Below, piece by piece: positions 39,777-52,663 of a DNA stretch of 64,000 nucleotides. Position 1 is the first letter of the stretch, and each line of letters opens with the position of its first letter. A program made the position numbers and the translations under genes. Location: the NCBI RefSeq assembly GCF_006345805.1, contig NC_043011.1:17744464-17808463 (forward strand). The letters are read 5' to 3'. The notes below the pieces were generated by a model that searched no databases, was not told the origin of the DNA, and was given only the letters and a program-made list of their open reading frames with translations. This DNA is from Octopus sinensis (Eukaryota).

Positions 39777-40479
39777 ATATATATATATGCAGAGAGAGAG
39801 AGAGAGAGAGAGATATGCGAGAGGAGTGTGGTATTTTTATTGTGTTATGAAGCAAATATTGGATACCGTATCCTATACAAAAACTGTCTAATACATTCAT
39901 ATATGATTTTCAATTCAAACACTAAATGATTTTGGACATTTACTGCTTTAATAGTAAGGGAAAACTGAGAGAGAATGAGAGAGAGAGGGATGAAGACTTC
40001 GTTGTGGGCTATCTGAGACTTACTGTCTGTCTGCCTCTCTCTCTCTAGGTATGTGTTTGCGTATGTGTGTGCATGACTGTGCGTTTTGCTGTTTTTGAAT
40101 TCTTTTTGTACGACTGACGTTAAACTGCTATTAAATGCCCGACCTCACTCACAAACACACACACACACACATTTATTTTACCCATTTCAACTGCCACATT
40201 ACACTAAAAAATTTAAATTTTCAATTTTCTTTCATTGGAATACAACGTTGTGTTTTTTCTTTCTGGTTCATTTCTTGATGTGTGTAAGCAAACAAAAACT
40301 AAAGGAACACACAGAGACATATATGCATGAATGTATTTGAGTGTGCGTATAGTTTAGGTTAGTCAAAACATGTTTGCGATAATAAGGGTCGCATGGTGGA
40401 AATAAACACTAATACGTTCGCATATGTTGTTCAGTTGAAACACAGTGTATTGTTTTGGAGATTTATTGATTTAATAACA

Positions 40480-41620
40480 AGTTTTGAAATATGGATTATT
40501 GCATGAGAGATGCAGCACGTGAGCTTAAGCGTAGAAGGGGAGGACGATTGCGCGAGGAACAACAGGAGGAAATAAGGAACACAAATCTCGTGAGGACAAG
40601 ACACAAAAGAAACGAAATAAATCAAGAGGAGACGGAGAGTATCCTACGGGATATGAGGGAAATAAATCATCAAAGGATGGAACAAATGAACCAAGACCAA
40701 AAGGAAGTGTATTTTCAAAATAAGAGAGAAAGAGATCAACAGATTCGAGAACACATAAGCCAAGAGCAAAGGCAGCTGTACTTAGCAAATATAAATAACA
40801 GAGCTCAATAAAGAAGGAAACATATGGACGAAAACGAAAGGCGGAATTACCTTCAAGATATGAGAAACAGGGTTCAAGAAAGAAGGAAGAATATGGTAGA
40901 AGCTAAAACATAGAATTATCTTATGACAGACAGAGCTCAAATAACAAGACAGAAGGTAATAAAAGAACAACAAAATTCTCAATTTACGGTTGCTGGGATG
41001 AACGTAGTATACCTGCACTGTCATGCAAGTAGATTTCCACTGAAAACACTTAATTGTTACCATAATGGTAAGGTTTCCTTGCCGAACCTACAAGAATGTC
41101 CTGACCAGTTGAAACATCTTTTGGAGAATAGTGACATTGAAGGAATGAACTTTAGGCAGAACATCAGACACTATTATACAATGTCTTCATTCGCCTCATT
41201 TGGAGCCAATGTTTCATTTCCTCCTGATCGTGGCCCATACTGTTTCTGCTTCCGAGGACGAGTCTATCATCACGCAAGCAACTTAAAGCCTGAAAATAAT
41301 GAACCTAGCAGGTATACTCAACGTTATATAGTTGATTCTAAAGAAGCCTTACAAACAAGAAGTGAAGTGCCTGAAAATATTAATTGCTTGCATTCAGCAA
41401 TGGAAAAGATTTCTTCAGTCATGCTGAATAATCCATATACTGCAGCATATTGAAATAGGTGCACTGTTGAACAAGAAGAAGAAAGAGCAGCCAGAGAAAA
41501 AGTTAATCCGGGGAAAGTAACTACGCATGTCATATCAGGCCCAGATGCCAGGAGACAGAATAAACCAGTTAATATTGAAATTGCAACGGTATTTTTAGTT
41601 ATATAAACACGCATCACCAC
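40480..41620 (+). pseudogene. Helitron RepHel N-terminal remnant
   Basis: GMNVVYLHCHASRF...NGKVSLPNL...LKHLL...FRQNIRHY...FASFGAN...GPYCF...VYH...YIVDS.EA...NNPY..AY, then D.RR.NKP...EIATVF: the conserved region upstream of the Helitron Rep domain. Stops are present; Rep and helicase are absent. Confidence 0.85.
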
Positions 41621-41904
41621 CACACCAGTCGTTCCAGCATTATACATCCACATTACACATCAACATTACACCTTTAAAATCGGGGAACAAGTTAGGGGCC
41701 CGCTAGATCTCTCTCGGCATATTAGCAAAACACAAAATCGCACCAGCCAGCATCACCACTACCTCCAAGCCAATCATATATATGTATGTATATATGTGTG
41801 TATGTATGTATGTATGTATGTGTGTGTGTGTGTGTATGAATGTATGTATGTATTTATGTATGTATGTTTGTTTGTCTGTCTGTCTGTCCCACCACCACCA
41901 CCAC

Positions 41905-42095
41905 CACCACCACCACCATTACTTGACAACCGATGTTGGCGAGTTTGCCTCCCTGTAATTTAGCTCTTCTGCAGAAGAGACTGATTGAATAAGAACCAGT
42001 CTTACAGGGAATAAGTCCAGGAGTCAATTTCTTCGAGTAAGTGTGGTGCACCGGCATGGCCACATCAAATGACTGAAACAAGTAAAAGAATACAA
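41905..42095 (+). mobile_element. SINE family B, 3' half
   Basis: ttgacaaccgatg...aataagtcc...gcatggcc...aaatgactgaaacaagtaaaagaat. Confidence 0.75.
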
Positions 42096-42272
42096 GAATT
42101 CCAGAACAATATTCTGTACCACTAAACCAAGATGGTTCTTTGAATATGTACAATGTATTTTAAGGTTAAATAGTAATTCCATTTACGTTTGTGTAACTGC
42201 GATATATTTGTTGGATTATATAGCCATTGGTGTTACATTACTTTCTATAATCTGTAACTGTCACAATATACT

Positions 42273-42430
42273 TTTCTAGGCCTGAAACTTTTTGTGGGGA
42301 GGGGCCAGCTGATCCGATCGATCCCAGTATACAAAGGGTACTGACTTTATCGACGGAAGGCATGGCAGAAAGGAGGAAAGGCAAAGTCGACCTCGGCAGA
42401 ATTTGAACTCAGAACCTAAAGACAGACGGT
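42273..42430 (-). mobile_element. SINE family A, partial
   Basis: aaaggcaaagtcgacctcggcagaatttgaactcagaac. Confidence 0.75.
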
Positions 42431-42504
42431 CATAATATACAAACATTTCTCATGGATTCAGTACACTGTTTCCAGATGCTTCTTTTCCGTGAATTTTTCA
42501 CGCG

Positions 42505-42615
42505 TCCAGCTAGTTATTATTATTATTATTATTGTTATTATTATTATTATTATTGTTGTTGTTGTTGTTGTTGTTGTTGCTGCTGTTGCTGTTGTTGTTA
42601 TTATTATTATTATTG
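42505..42615. repeat. Compound (TAT)n/(TGT)n microsatellite
   Basis: Direct reading. Confidence 0.95.
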
Positions 42616-45234
42616 GTATTATTTTTATGATTATATAAAGAAGAAATTGTGTACATAGTAAGAAAGTATAAAGCTTGTGTAGATACAAAAACGTTAGACA
42701 TCCCAAGATTTTCATAAGTATTTGGGTAAGTAATCATATGATAAGGCGTACGTGTCTGTGTATAGACGTGCAACACCCATCCTCTGTGTGTGCACATTTA
42801 GTTCGAAATTTATGATGAAGTTTTACAGCTATGACATTCTGAACACTCAGCTAAATAGCTGGCCATTTAAAGCAGTTGCTCTTAACCTTCTCATTACTGG
42901 GCAACGTACGAGAGCTAATGTTCAAAGTTAATTATTTATCCTGCAAAGCAATCAGAATACGTTATTACAATGGAGCCGAATAAACCTCAAATCCATCCAT
43001 CATCGTTCAGGGCGAGGCAGAAATTGCCTTGTCAAACAAATAGAAGAGTTATCGGTATTTTGGGAAAACTGATGTATGAGATTGCAAGGAACGTCGTTAT
43101 ACAATCTTGGAAGAATTTTCCTAAATATTTAACAATAGACTGTAAATTAATAATGCTTTTAGCGACGGGTGAATCCTTAATTTCTCTTCCTCCTGATCGT
43201 AGTCGACGTCGTCAACGTCATCGTCCTGGGGTTGACTATACTTGGATTCGGGGTTGCTTTTTCCATAATCTATTGAGAATAATTATTTGCTATATTTTCG
43301 TGGGGCCGGGTATTATTGATCTGTACTTTGTGTTTAGTTCTATGAAGTATTTAATATATGCAAAAATCTGACTAAGATCATTCTAACCATGATCACCTTA
43401 TCACATATATAATGTGTTTTACTTTTGTCATTTTTCATGGAGAACAGTGTTAACTTCTAGATATAATCGGCTGTCATTTCAAAGAGCGTGATCAACCCTA
43501 AAGCGGTTAAATATTTTGCTGCGATGTATTTATGTATTAAGCTTATGCTTGCTAAAGGCTTTCCAGATTTCAGTTTAAAACTTTTTTATTGCTCAAATCA
43601 ACCAAGTTGTTGATGTTGTAATGTTTTTATACAAGTGGATGGAATTGAAGTCGGCAGATACATTAGCAATGACGCAGACTCTAGTACCTCACCTGTTCTC
43701 GTCTCGCTTAGCAACCATTAATGGTTTAATGAATTACAACATGAAATGCTGCTCCTTTACAAATATAGTCTTGCATACTATCTTTGAACCATATTTTTAA
43801 TTTATACATATATTATGACAGTCAAACTGTCTTGCGCTTGAAACGTGTTTGCACAAACATAACCACACTTTTGTAAACAAGCGCAAATATTTCATAAACT
43901 TATGAACAATTCTAGTTCATATGCTCACATTCTTTCGCATGCTTAATTTTTCACACTTGGAATCTTATCTCTCAACCTCCCACTTATATATAATGCGCAT
44001 ACTTTTTGTATTACAAGCAAAACGTCAAATGTGTAACTTAACTTTATTTGATGACCTTACTGCTAAAATTTTAGTTGCTGGATTCTATAATTTTCTGTAA
44101 ACATCTTGCTACTTGTGACAGGAAATCCGACAAAGTAAATCATGTAAAGGCAGCAACAGATGAACAACTTTTCAAGAGAGCGTAAATTATATTAGGAGAA
44201 GGAAGATAAGATGAAAGCTGATAGTCTTACACTGAGAAATTTGCATTTCTTTGCGGAAGAGATAGAGACGTGCACAGTCTTTTCGGCTCCACTATAATTA
44301 ACTTAAGACATTTACTATTTGGTTTCATGCACTTGTCAACACTCAACACATATTGAAAAAGTAAGATCCCTCGTACAAATATATGCACGCATACAAAAGG
44401 CCATATACATGGAAAACAGCATATAAACTCAAGCATATTTATAAACACACTAGCATAAAAAAATGTAAACATGCATTCCCATATGCATGTCGTTTTCTTG
44501 TTTCACACTCATGACACTTATTTCATGTTTGTGTCTCTTATACTTAACAACATGTAATATTTACAAAATGTAGCATCAGAGTTTCCTCTTACTAAAATAC
44601 AATATTCTAGATTACATTTTCGATGCAAAACTTTCTGTAAACAAAATCCTTTAGACAATTATTCCAATAAACGAAATTAAACAAGGAGTGTGGAAAAGGC
44701 CTAATTGCAATGCCAGCAATAAAAATAAATACGTAAACTAAATACTCTGTTGTGAAGTAAACAAGAGGGTAGTGAAATGCTAATTAATTATTCTATTCAT
44801 GATGTCCTCCACCACACAACATAAACTGTAAAAACAGGACTAGCATATTAAAAAATAATTTTAAAAATCACCGCGTAACGTGAAAATGTTATGCATTTGT
44901 AGTCATGAATTTGTATAAATCATGTAAATCGAAGGGGAAAATAGTATAAATATAAAATATGATCTTAGAAACTTTTATGTCGTAGGTTCGGCGTTTAGCA
45001 CGTCAAAAACCCATAGGTTGTGCTTTTACGACACAAGAGTAGAATATACTTATTAAATCTAAGGACTAAAAGAGGATTTTCTGGTAATGTAGATATTGGA
45101 ATATCCTTAGTTTAGCTATAGCTTGGTTTATTAATTTGGATGAGTATTTTTATTTTTTAAGGAACAAATTAAGTTATGCAAGTCATCTTTTTCGTTTGTT
45201 TGTATTCGAAACTATTGTGCATATCTGTCTTGCC

Positions 45235-46700
45235 ATATTAAATGGTATGTTTCATTTTGTATACAAAGGATGGTAAGATCTGAAATCTAAATATTGGTGC
45301 GTGCTCGCGTTTTTATAATCGATGTCAGTTGTAATAATTTATTTTCTTAGATTATTAAAATATCTAGGAAAGAGTTCCATTTCATTCATTCCCATAGTGC
45401 ATTGGATTGATCTATGAATGCTGCTTATCATTTCGAGAAATTTTGTAAGGTCCTCCTTACTTTTGTTCCAGAATATAAATCATTCATCCAAGAAACTTTC
45501 CAGTTTCCCTCTAAGTATGACTGGATGTTTTGGACAAAGGAAATGCTAGATAAAGAATAGATTTTTCTTCCAAATTTATCATTACTAGTGTCGCAAACGC
45601 CGGTGCCACTTTCATGCCCATTGCGGTTTCCTTGTATTTGTAAGAAACATTCAATGTAAAAAAAAGAAGTAGTTGTCTTCTAGTACTAGTATGAACTCCT
45701 TCGAGAATCCCTCTTGAATTTTTTGGGTGTGTTTGTTTATCCGGAATACTACTGCTTCTCGTCTAAGGTATGGGGGGCATTAATGCAGAGGCTAATCTAC
45801 ATCAAAGCTGACTAAAATAGTTTCTTTGTTTATTCTTTTTGAAACATTGTTTAAGAAGTCCATATCGTCTTTTTTTTCTTAACGTTTACTATTTCGTAGG
45901 TAGCTTTTTTCTATAAGGTTTCTCATTTTGGAGTTTTTTAAGAGTATTGGTAGGTTTGTTGTATATCGTGGAAAATGTTGGTTATTCTAGTGTTGTGTGT
46001 ATTAACGAATGGAATAATATGTCACTTCATTTTAGTTTTGGAATCCTTATTTCTGTAATGTCTAATTTCATCACTTTGAAGATTCAATTATTTATTAGTT
46101 TCATGGAGTAATTTTGTTCTTGTAAGATGATTTTGAGTTCAGCAATTCAAATTTCGCGTACTTGTAGGTCAATTACCAGGGTGCACATGCATCATTCCAT
46201 AATGTATGGGATGTTCATTTTGATGTGCGTCTGGGGGCGGGGGGAAGCGTAGCAATATTGGTATGTGTCCGTTTTGTTTTTATAAAATATGTCTGTTTTA
46301 ACAGTGGAGTTGTGTATTTTGATGTTAATGTCAAGGAATAGTAGTCAACTGAAGCTAGTTTCTGTCGTGAATTTGATAGATGGATGCAGTGTGTTGAGGA
46401 TGGTGTGAAATGTTTGCAGGTTTTCTTCTAGTCCATCCCAAACAAGGAAGCAGTCATCAAGGTAGCGCTTTCACTTTTGCACAAGGTTTTCCTTGAAGTA
46501 GTGATCAATGATTTTTTCCTACTTCCTCGTAAAGTTCACCTTCTAGATAACCCATGATGGATATGAAGGTACAAATATCACACTCATAGTTGTACCTTTT
46601 ATTTGTAGATATTTTTTCTTCAATGATAAACTCCTTGATAATACTCCAGAAACGAGTGCTTTTCGATGGGTAAAATATTCCCGTTAAAAACTTGAGCGAA
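45235..46700 (-). mobile_element. Two head-to-tail decayed Penelope RT segments
   Basis: 46690-45880: YLQIKGT...KRYLDDCFLVWDG...LHPSIKFTTE...LFLDINI...TDIFYK. 45870-45235: TILVSFDV...EDNYFFF...TAMGMKVAPAFATLVM...FLDE...THQYLDFRSYHP. Confidence 0.8.
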
Positions 46701-47289
46701 AATAATATACTATATATAATATATGAATCTAAGCACTTAACGCTCCTTCAACTGCTCTGCCTTAGTAGCAAAGAGTGTGATAAACTGACATCATATCTTT
46801 GTTACAACACATGTAAGAACAAATTTCAATTTAAATCTTGCTTATTAATGCAACGTATCTACAAGTATACGCAGCCATGATTTTTCTAAAATATTCTAGA
46901 ATTTTCCTTACATCTCAAAGAAATTTAAGAAAGTTTTTTAAAGAAACATTAGAAAACAACTAATTACAAATTGTAAGTCATGACAAAGGGAAAGCGAAGA
47001 ACAGGAAGTAGATTTTTCCATTTCATTTTCTTGTGTTTTAGTATTAATTTTATGTAATTATATTTAAATTAATCAATAAGGATGCCACCATAGTGCGAAA
47101 TGACGACAAAGAACAAAGCACCTCAACCTTATGAAAAAGAGGAAAATTATAATCAATAATGAAGAATGCGTATAAAAATCATTCATATATATCTAATATA
47201 TAATGCATTATATGCGTTTGTATGTGTGGCTGACTGCATAAATACATGCATTCATACATACACATTCACACACACATAAGCATATATAT

Positions 47290-47367
47290 ACATGCATACA
47301 TACATACATATATACACACACACACATATATATATATACATATATACATATATATATATATACATAC

Positions 47368-47398
<31 letters not shown>

Positions 47399-47419
47399 CA
47401 TACATATATATAGTATATG

Positions 47420-47476
<57 letters not shown>

Positions 47477-47479
47477 TAT

Positions 47480-47522
<43 letters not shown>

Positions 47523-47750
47523 ATATATATATGTATATATGTATATATATAATATATATGTATATATATATATTATATATGTATGTATATATATATGTAT
47601 ATATATATATATATGTATATATATTATATATATATATATACATATATATATATTATGTGTATATATATATATTATATATATATTTATATATTATATATAT
47701 GATATATATATGTATATATGTATATATATATATGTATATATGTATATATA

Positions 47751-47775
<25 letters not shown>
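47290..47775. repeat. Long interrupted (TA)n array
   Basis: Direct reading; further arrays at 47936-48315 and 50345-50860. Confidence 0.95.
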
Positions 47776-47781
<6 letters not shown>

Positions 47782-47935
47782 ATTAGAGACAAAACCACTA
47801 TTTTGCAAAACAAACAAGGAAAAGACTTAATCAATACATAAAATTTTAATAAATAGTCAGAAAAAACCGCCACTACAATTGTTTCTTGTCTTGATCGACA
47901 ATCTTCAGGTGGACTTCCAATAAGTCAGTTCAAAT
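47775..47935 (-). mobile_element. Solo terminal repeat (probable Penelope pLTR) carrying a hammerhead ribozyme, inside (TA)n
   Basis: Shares its terminus with 3666-3799 and contains the motif at 47870-47912. Confidence 0.75.
47870..47912 (-). ncRNA. Minimal type I hammerhead ribozyme
   Basis: Minus strand: ccac CUGAAGA uuguc gaucaa gacaa GAA ACAAUUGU A gugg. Stem I 4 bp, stem II 5 bp, palindromic stem III, GUA cleavage triplet. Confidence 0.85.
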
Positions 47936-47979
47936 TATGTATATATATATATATATGTATATATATATGTATGTATATA

Positions 47980-48067
<88 letters not shown>

Positions 48068-48132
48068 TATATTATATATATATGTATATATATTATATTA
48101 TATATATATATATAATATATATATATATATAT

Positions 48133-48170
<38 letters not shown>

Positions 48171-48211
48171 ATAATATATATATATATATAATATATTATA
48201 TATTATGTATG

Positions 48212-48274
<63 letters not shown>

Positions 48275-48315
48275 ATATATATATGTATATATATGTTATA
48301 TATATTATATATATA

Positions 48316-48689
48316 ACGGGAAGCTTTATGAATAAACAAAAGACGAAGGCAGGTGAAAACAAACGAACAATTGTATTAGTATGGCGCTCAGGAAATATAA
48401 ATAAAACAAGTCTTTAACGTTTCGAGCCTACGCTCTTCAACAGAACGATACACAGAGGGAGAAAAACACAGAAAGAAGGAGAGAAAAAAAATGCGTGCAG
48501 TAGCTAACGAATCAACATGGCGATCTGATTTCGGCCAGAGGTCAAAGATCAAACATGAGACGCGAGAGCGAAAAAAGGGGAGATAATAGGGTTGATAAAA
48601 GGGTTGAGGGACCAGCTAAAAGTGCGTGGGAGGGGTCTGGATGTGTGTATGTATAGGGTTGGTGTATGTATTAGTATGTATAAGGGTGT

Positions 48690-48720
<31 letters not shown>

Positions 48721-50347
48721 AGAGAGTATTAGTGCGTAAGATTGGTCTGGACGTGCGTATGTATGGGGTTGGTGTATGTATTAGTATGTATTAGTATGTA
48801 TTAGTACATATTGGTATGTATAGGTGTGTGTGTGTGTGTGTGAGAGTATAAGTGCCTATGCGGGGTCTGGACGTGTGTATGTATAGGGTTGGTGTAAGTA
48901 TTAGTATGTACTAGTATGTATTAGTACGTATTAGTATGTATTAGTTGGTGTGTGTATTAGTATGGCACATCATATGTGATGTGATGTGTAAAGTCATGTG
49001 GTGTAGTGAGAGAAGAGGGGGATGGGGAGAAGAGGGAGAGGGGGAGAAGAGGGGGAGGGGAGAATAGGGGGAGGGGGAGAAGAGGGGAGGAGAGAAGGGG
49101 AGGGGAAGAAGAGGGGAGGAGAAGGGGGAGAAGGAGAGGGTGGGGGGAAGGAAGGGGATGAGGGGGATGAAGGAGGAAAGAGGGAGAGGGGGGAGAGAGA
49201 GAAGGGGAGAGAGGGAGTGAGGGAGCAGAGGGAAGGGGAAGAGGGAGGGAGAAAGAGGGAAGAAGGGAAGGGGAGTAGGGGTGGGTGAAAGGATGAAGGA
49301 CTGAAGAAGTAGGGGTCGGGGGGGAGAAAGGATAGGTGAGGAGGGGGGTGATGTTAGATGAGGGGGGGGGAGAGTTGAGACCAAATGGCGTATAAGAGCG
49401 AAGAGAGAAGATTAATTCCTGTTCACGGCGCAAACGGGAATCCGGATGGCCTCTGTGTAAGGACAAACCGAACACAGATAGGTGTTGCAAGGAGTGACCG
49501 GTGGAGCGGAAATGGCGTGAGACCGGTGTGTCGTTCGCAAGGTGGATGTCACGAAGGTGTTCCGCGAACCGGTCAGCCAAGCGGCGTCCCGTTGTCCGAT
49601 GTACAAGGAATTGCAGAGAGAGCAAGGGATGCAATAGATAATATTGCTGGAGGTGCAGGTGAAGGAGTGGATGATGCGATAGGGTCGATGGTGGGTGCTA
49701 GTGAGGCGGGGGTGGTGTTGGAGAGGTAAGGGCAAGTGCGGCAACGTGGGCGGGAGCAGGGGAACGAGCCGGGTTGGGAGGTAGGGTCAGGGAAGGAGCT
49801 ATGGACCAAAAGGTCTCGAAGGTTGTGGGCTCGTTTGAAAGAGGGGAGGGGTCGGTTAGGGAAGAGGTGTGAAGTGGACGGGTCGGACTGGAGATGACGG
49901 AAAGCTCGAAGAATGGTGCGTTGGAGACGTAGGGTCGTGGGGTGGTAAGTGAGGGGAAAAGGGAGGCGGAGAGACTACAGGGCGGGTTCGGGGAGAGAGA
50001 GCAGATACACGGTCCACGGACCATGCTCTGGCAAGGGCGGTGTGGATAGTGGTGAGGGGGTATCCACGTAGGGTGAAGTGGTGAGCCATACGTTGAGACT
50101 GAGTCTCAAAGTCATGGTCGTCACTACAGAGCCTACGTAGACGGAGGAATTGGGAATAGGGGATGGAAAGCTTGGTGTGTTCTGGGTGGGAGGAAGAGAA
50201 GTTGAGGTATGAGTGTGAGTCTGTGTGTTTGTAGTGAATGGAGGTGGTAAGAGTGGAGTGAAGAATGCTAACCGAAATGTCGAGGAAGGAGACAGAGGTG
50301 TTGGAGATAGTGGAAGTGAAGTGGAGGGCTGGATGGAAATATTGGAC
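48316..50347 (-). mobile_element. 5'-truncated Penelope-like element (RT thumb, GIY-YIG, long 3' region), flanked by (TA)n on both sides
   Basis: [23 protein letters not shown]...[40 protein letters not shown]...LRGYP; CSRPRCRTCPY; FTCTSSNIIYCIPCSLCNSLYIGQ/TGRRLADRFAEH...RREQELIFSL...PFGLN. Few frameshifts. Confidence 0.93.
48411..48448 (-). ncRNA. Hammerhead-like motif with variant core CUGUUGA
   Basis: ucguu CUGUUGA a gagc guag gcuc GAA ACGU U aaaga. Confidence 0.6.
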
Positions 50348-50380
<33 letters not shown>

Positions 50381-50406
50381 ATATATATATATATATATAT
50401 GTTATA

Positions 50407-50437
<31 letters not shown>

Positions 50438-50444
50438 GCATGTA

Positions 50445-50475
<31 letters not shown>

Positions 50476-50510
50476 ATATATATATATAATATATATATAT
50501 ATATATGTAT

Positions 50511-50588
<78 letters not shown>

Positions 50589-50607
50589 ATATATGTATAT
50601 ATATATA

Positions 50608-50658
<51 letters not shown>

Positions 50659-50660
50659 TG

Positions 50661-50816
<156 letters not shown>

Positions 50817-51224
50817 TATATATTGTTATATTTTTATGTACATTTATAAATTGCAGGTTTGATGTACGCTGCAAAATTACATAGAGAGAAAAAAATTTTC
50901 AAATAGACAACATGGATGTAAACACATCAGTGTCATTCACCAGACGTCAGTTTAGTAGACAATAGAATTCATGTATTTCTGCGTCGTTACACTTCATCAA
51001 CTACATACTTGAAACCATCGATCATGCCGACTAAGTGCTGGTTACTCATTGCATTGAAATAGCAAATACTATATTTTCTGACGTGTGGATTCCTTTCTCA
51101 CACTCAGACGTACGTACGCGCGCACATACACACACACAGACATAAACGCACGCGTGCACACATTCGCGCGCGCGCGCACAAAATCACACTCTCACAAACA
51201 CATATATTCTTTTAATCTTTTCTT

Positions 51225-51355
51225 TATGTCAGTCATTTGACTTAGTACTTGTTCTACCTATCCCTCTTTGCCTAACCGCTAAGTTAGGAGACATACACAC
51301 ACTAGCAACGGCTTTCACACGATGGCTGGGGGGGGGAAGGTACATACATACATTA

Positions 51356-51400
<45 letters not shown>

Positions 51401-51440
51401 CATATATACGACGGCCTTCTTTCAGTTTTTGTCTACCAAG
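51225..51440 (-). mobile_element. SINE family B, deleted and degenerate
   Basis: tcagtcatttgac...accgctaagtt...ctttcagtttttgtctaccaa. Confidence 0.65.
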
Positions 51441-52335
51441 AAGTCATCGAGAATAGGATCAGCGCTGCCTATACTGCTTTCGTAAGGCAATCAAAATGAG
51501 TCTTGTGAAACCATGACCTCCTCATTTAAAGGAAAGTTACGGCATTCCGAGCTGTCATGTCTTCCACACTCCTTTACGGCTGTGAGACATTGTTATTGTA
51601 ACGATGGGACTTGAAGAAAATAGAACCTACGCAGCAGCACCGATTAACCTAATGATGAGAATTCGTCGGAGCGACTACACTCCGGATTGACCAGCAGCGA
51701 AGTCGCTGAGTCACAACACTGCTTCCACTAGTCAGTATACGTCATAGGTGGAGGCGCAATGACCCAGTGGTTAGGGCAGCGGACTCGCGTTCGTAGGATC
51801 GCGGTTTCGATTCCCAGACCGGGCGTTGTGAGTGTTTATTGAGCGAAAACACCTAAAAGCTCCACGAGGCTCCGGCAGGGGATGGTGGTGATCTCTGCTG
51901 TACTCTTTCACCACAACTTTTTCTCACTCTTACTTCCTGTTTCTGTTGTACCCGTATTTCAAAGGGCTGGCCTTGTCACTCTCTGTGTCACGCTGAATAT
52001 CCCCGAGAACTACGTTAAGGGTACACGTGTCTGTGGAGTGATCAGCCACTTGCACGTTAATTTCACGTGCAGGCTGTTCCGTTGATCGGATCAACCGGAA
52101 CCCTCGTCGTCGTAACCGACGGAGTGCTTCCAGTCCCAGTCCATACGTCATAGATATACCTCAAATGCGCCTCCTCCGTCATATCCTCTCTTCAGATTTG
52201 CCCGCAGACACCAGACCGTCAAGAATCCTCAAATTCCGTTTCCTTCCACGCTGATCTATTGCCCCAAAATGCCTAGGAGATAATCGCCAAGACAGCCCGA
52301 ATTGGTGGCATGTGATCGTCGAGGTAATAGTAATC
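51440..52335 (+). mobile_element. RTE-clade LINE 3' fragment interrupted by a SINE
   Basis: IENRISAAYTAF...FRAVMSSTLLYGCET...DLKKIE; after the SINE, PQMRLLRHILSSDLP..TRPS...DSPNWWHVIVE. Confidence 0.75.
51750..52142 (+). mobile_element. SINE family C (tRNA-derived), full-length with an 11-bp TSD
   Basis: A-box tgacccagtgg, B-box gtttcgattcc; TSD atacgtcatag at 51737-51747 and 52143-52153. Confidence 0.92.
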
Positions 52336-52663
52336 GACACGCGTCGTGTGTTGCTGAAAGTTTTTTGATTGCGGCTGTATGTGTCCGAGTGTATATTTAA
52401 GTGATACTTATAACCCATATAACTACAGTTTACCATGTTGAAGCTTCTGTTTATACATCTGCACCATTCAACAAACATATATAGATTTACGTAGTAATAA
52501 GATACCTGCTTATATGCATCACATTTATAACAATCAAACATATACATTCAAACGGACTTACATGTGCACCTGTCTACCTTGACACAGCATAAACGTACAA
52601 ACAACTTCGTAAATAAACTGTCAGTGAGGGCCTACACCACATGATCCATACATACATTCGACT

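Noticed and set aside
41680-41710. CTAG preceded by cggg...cccg as the Helitron 3' terminus
   Set aside because: The stem is only 4 bp and the following base is A, not the expected T.
43695-43725. Possible first coding exon on the minus strand (ATG GTT GCT AAG...CAG/gtgagg)
   Set aside because: Nine codons plus a donor-like site can arise by chance; no downstream exon was identified.
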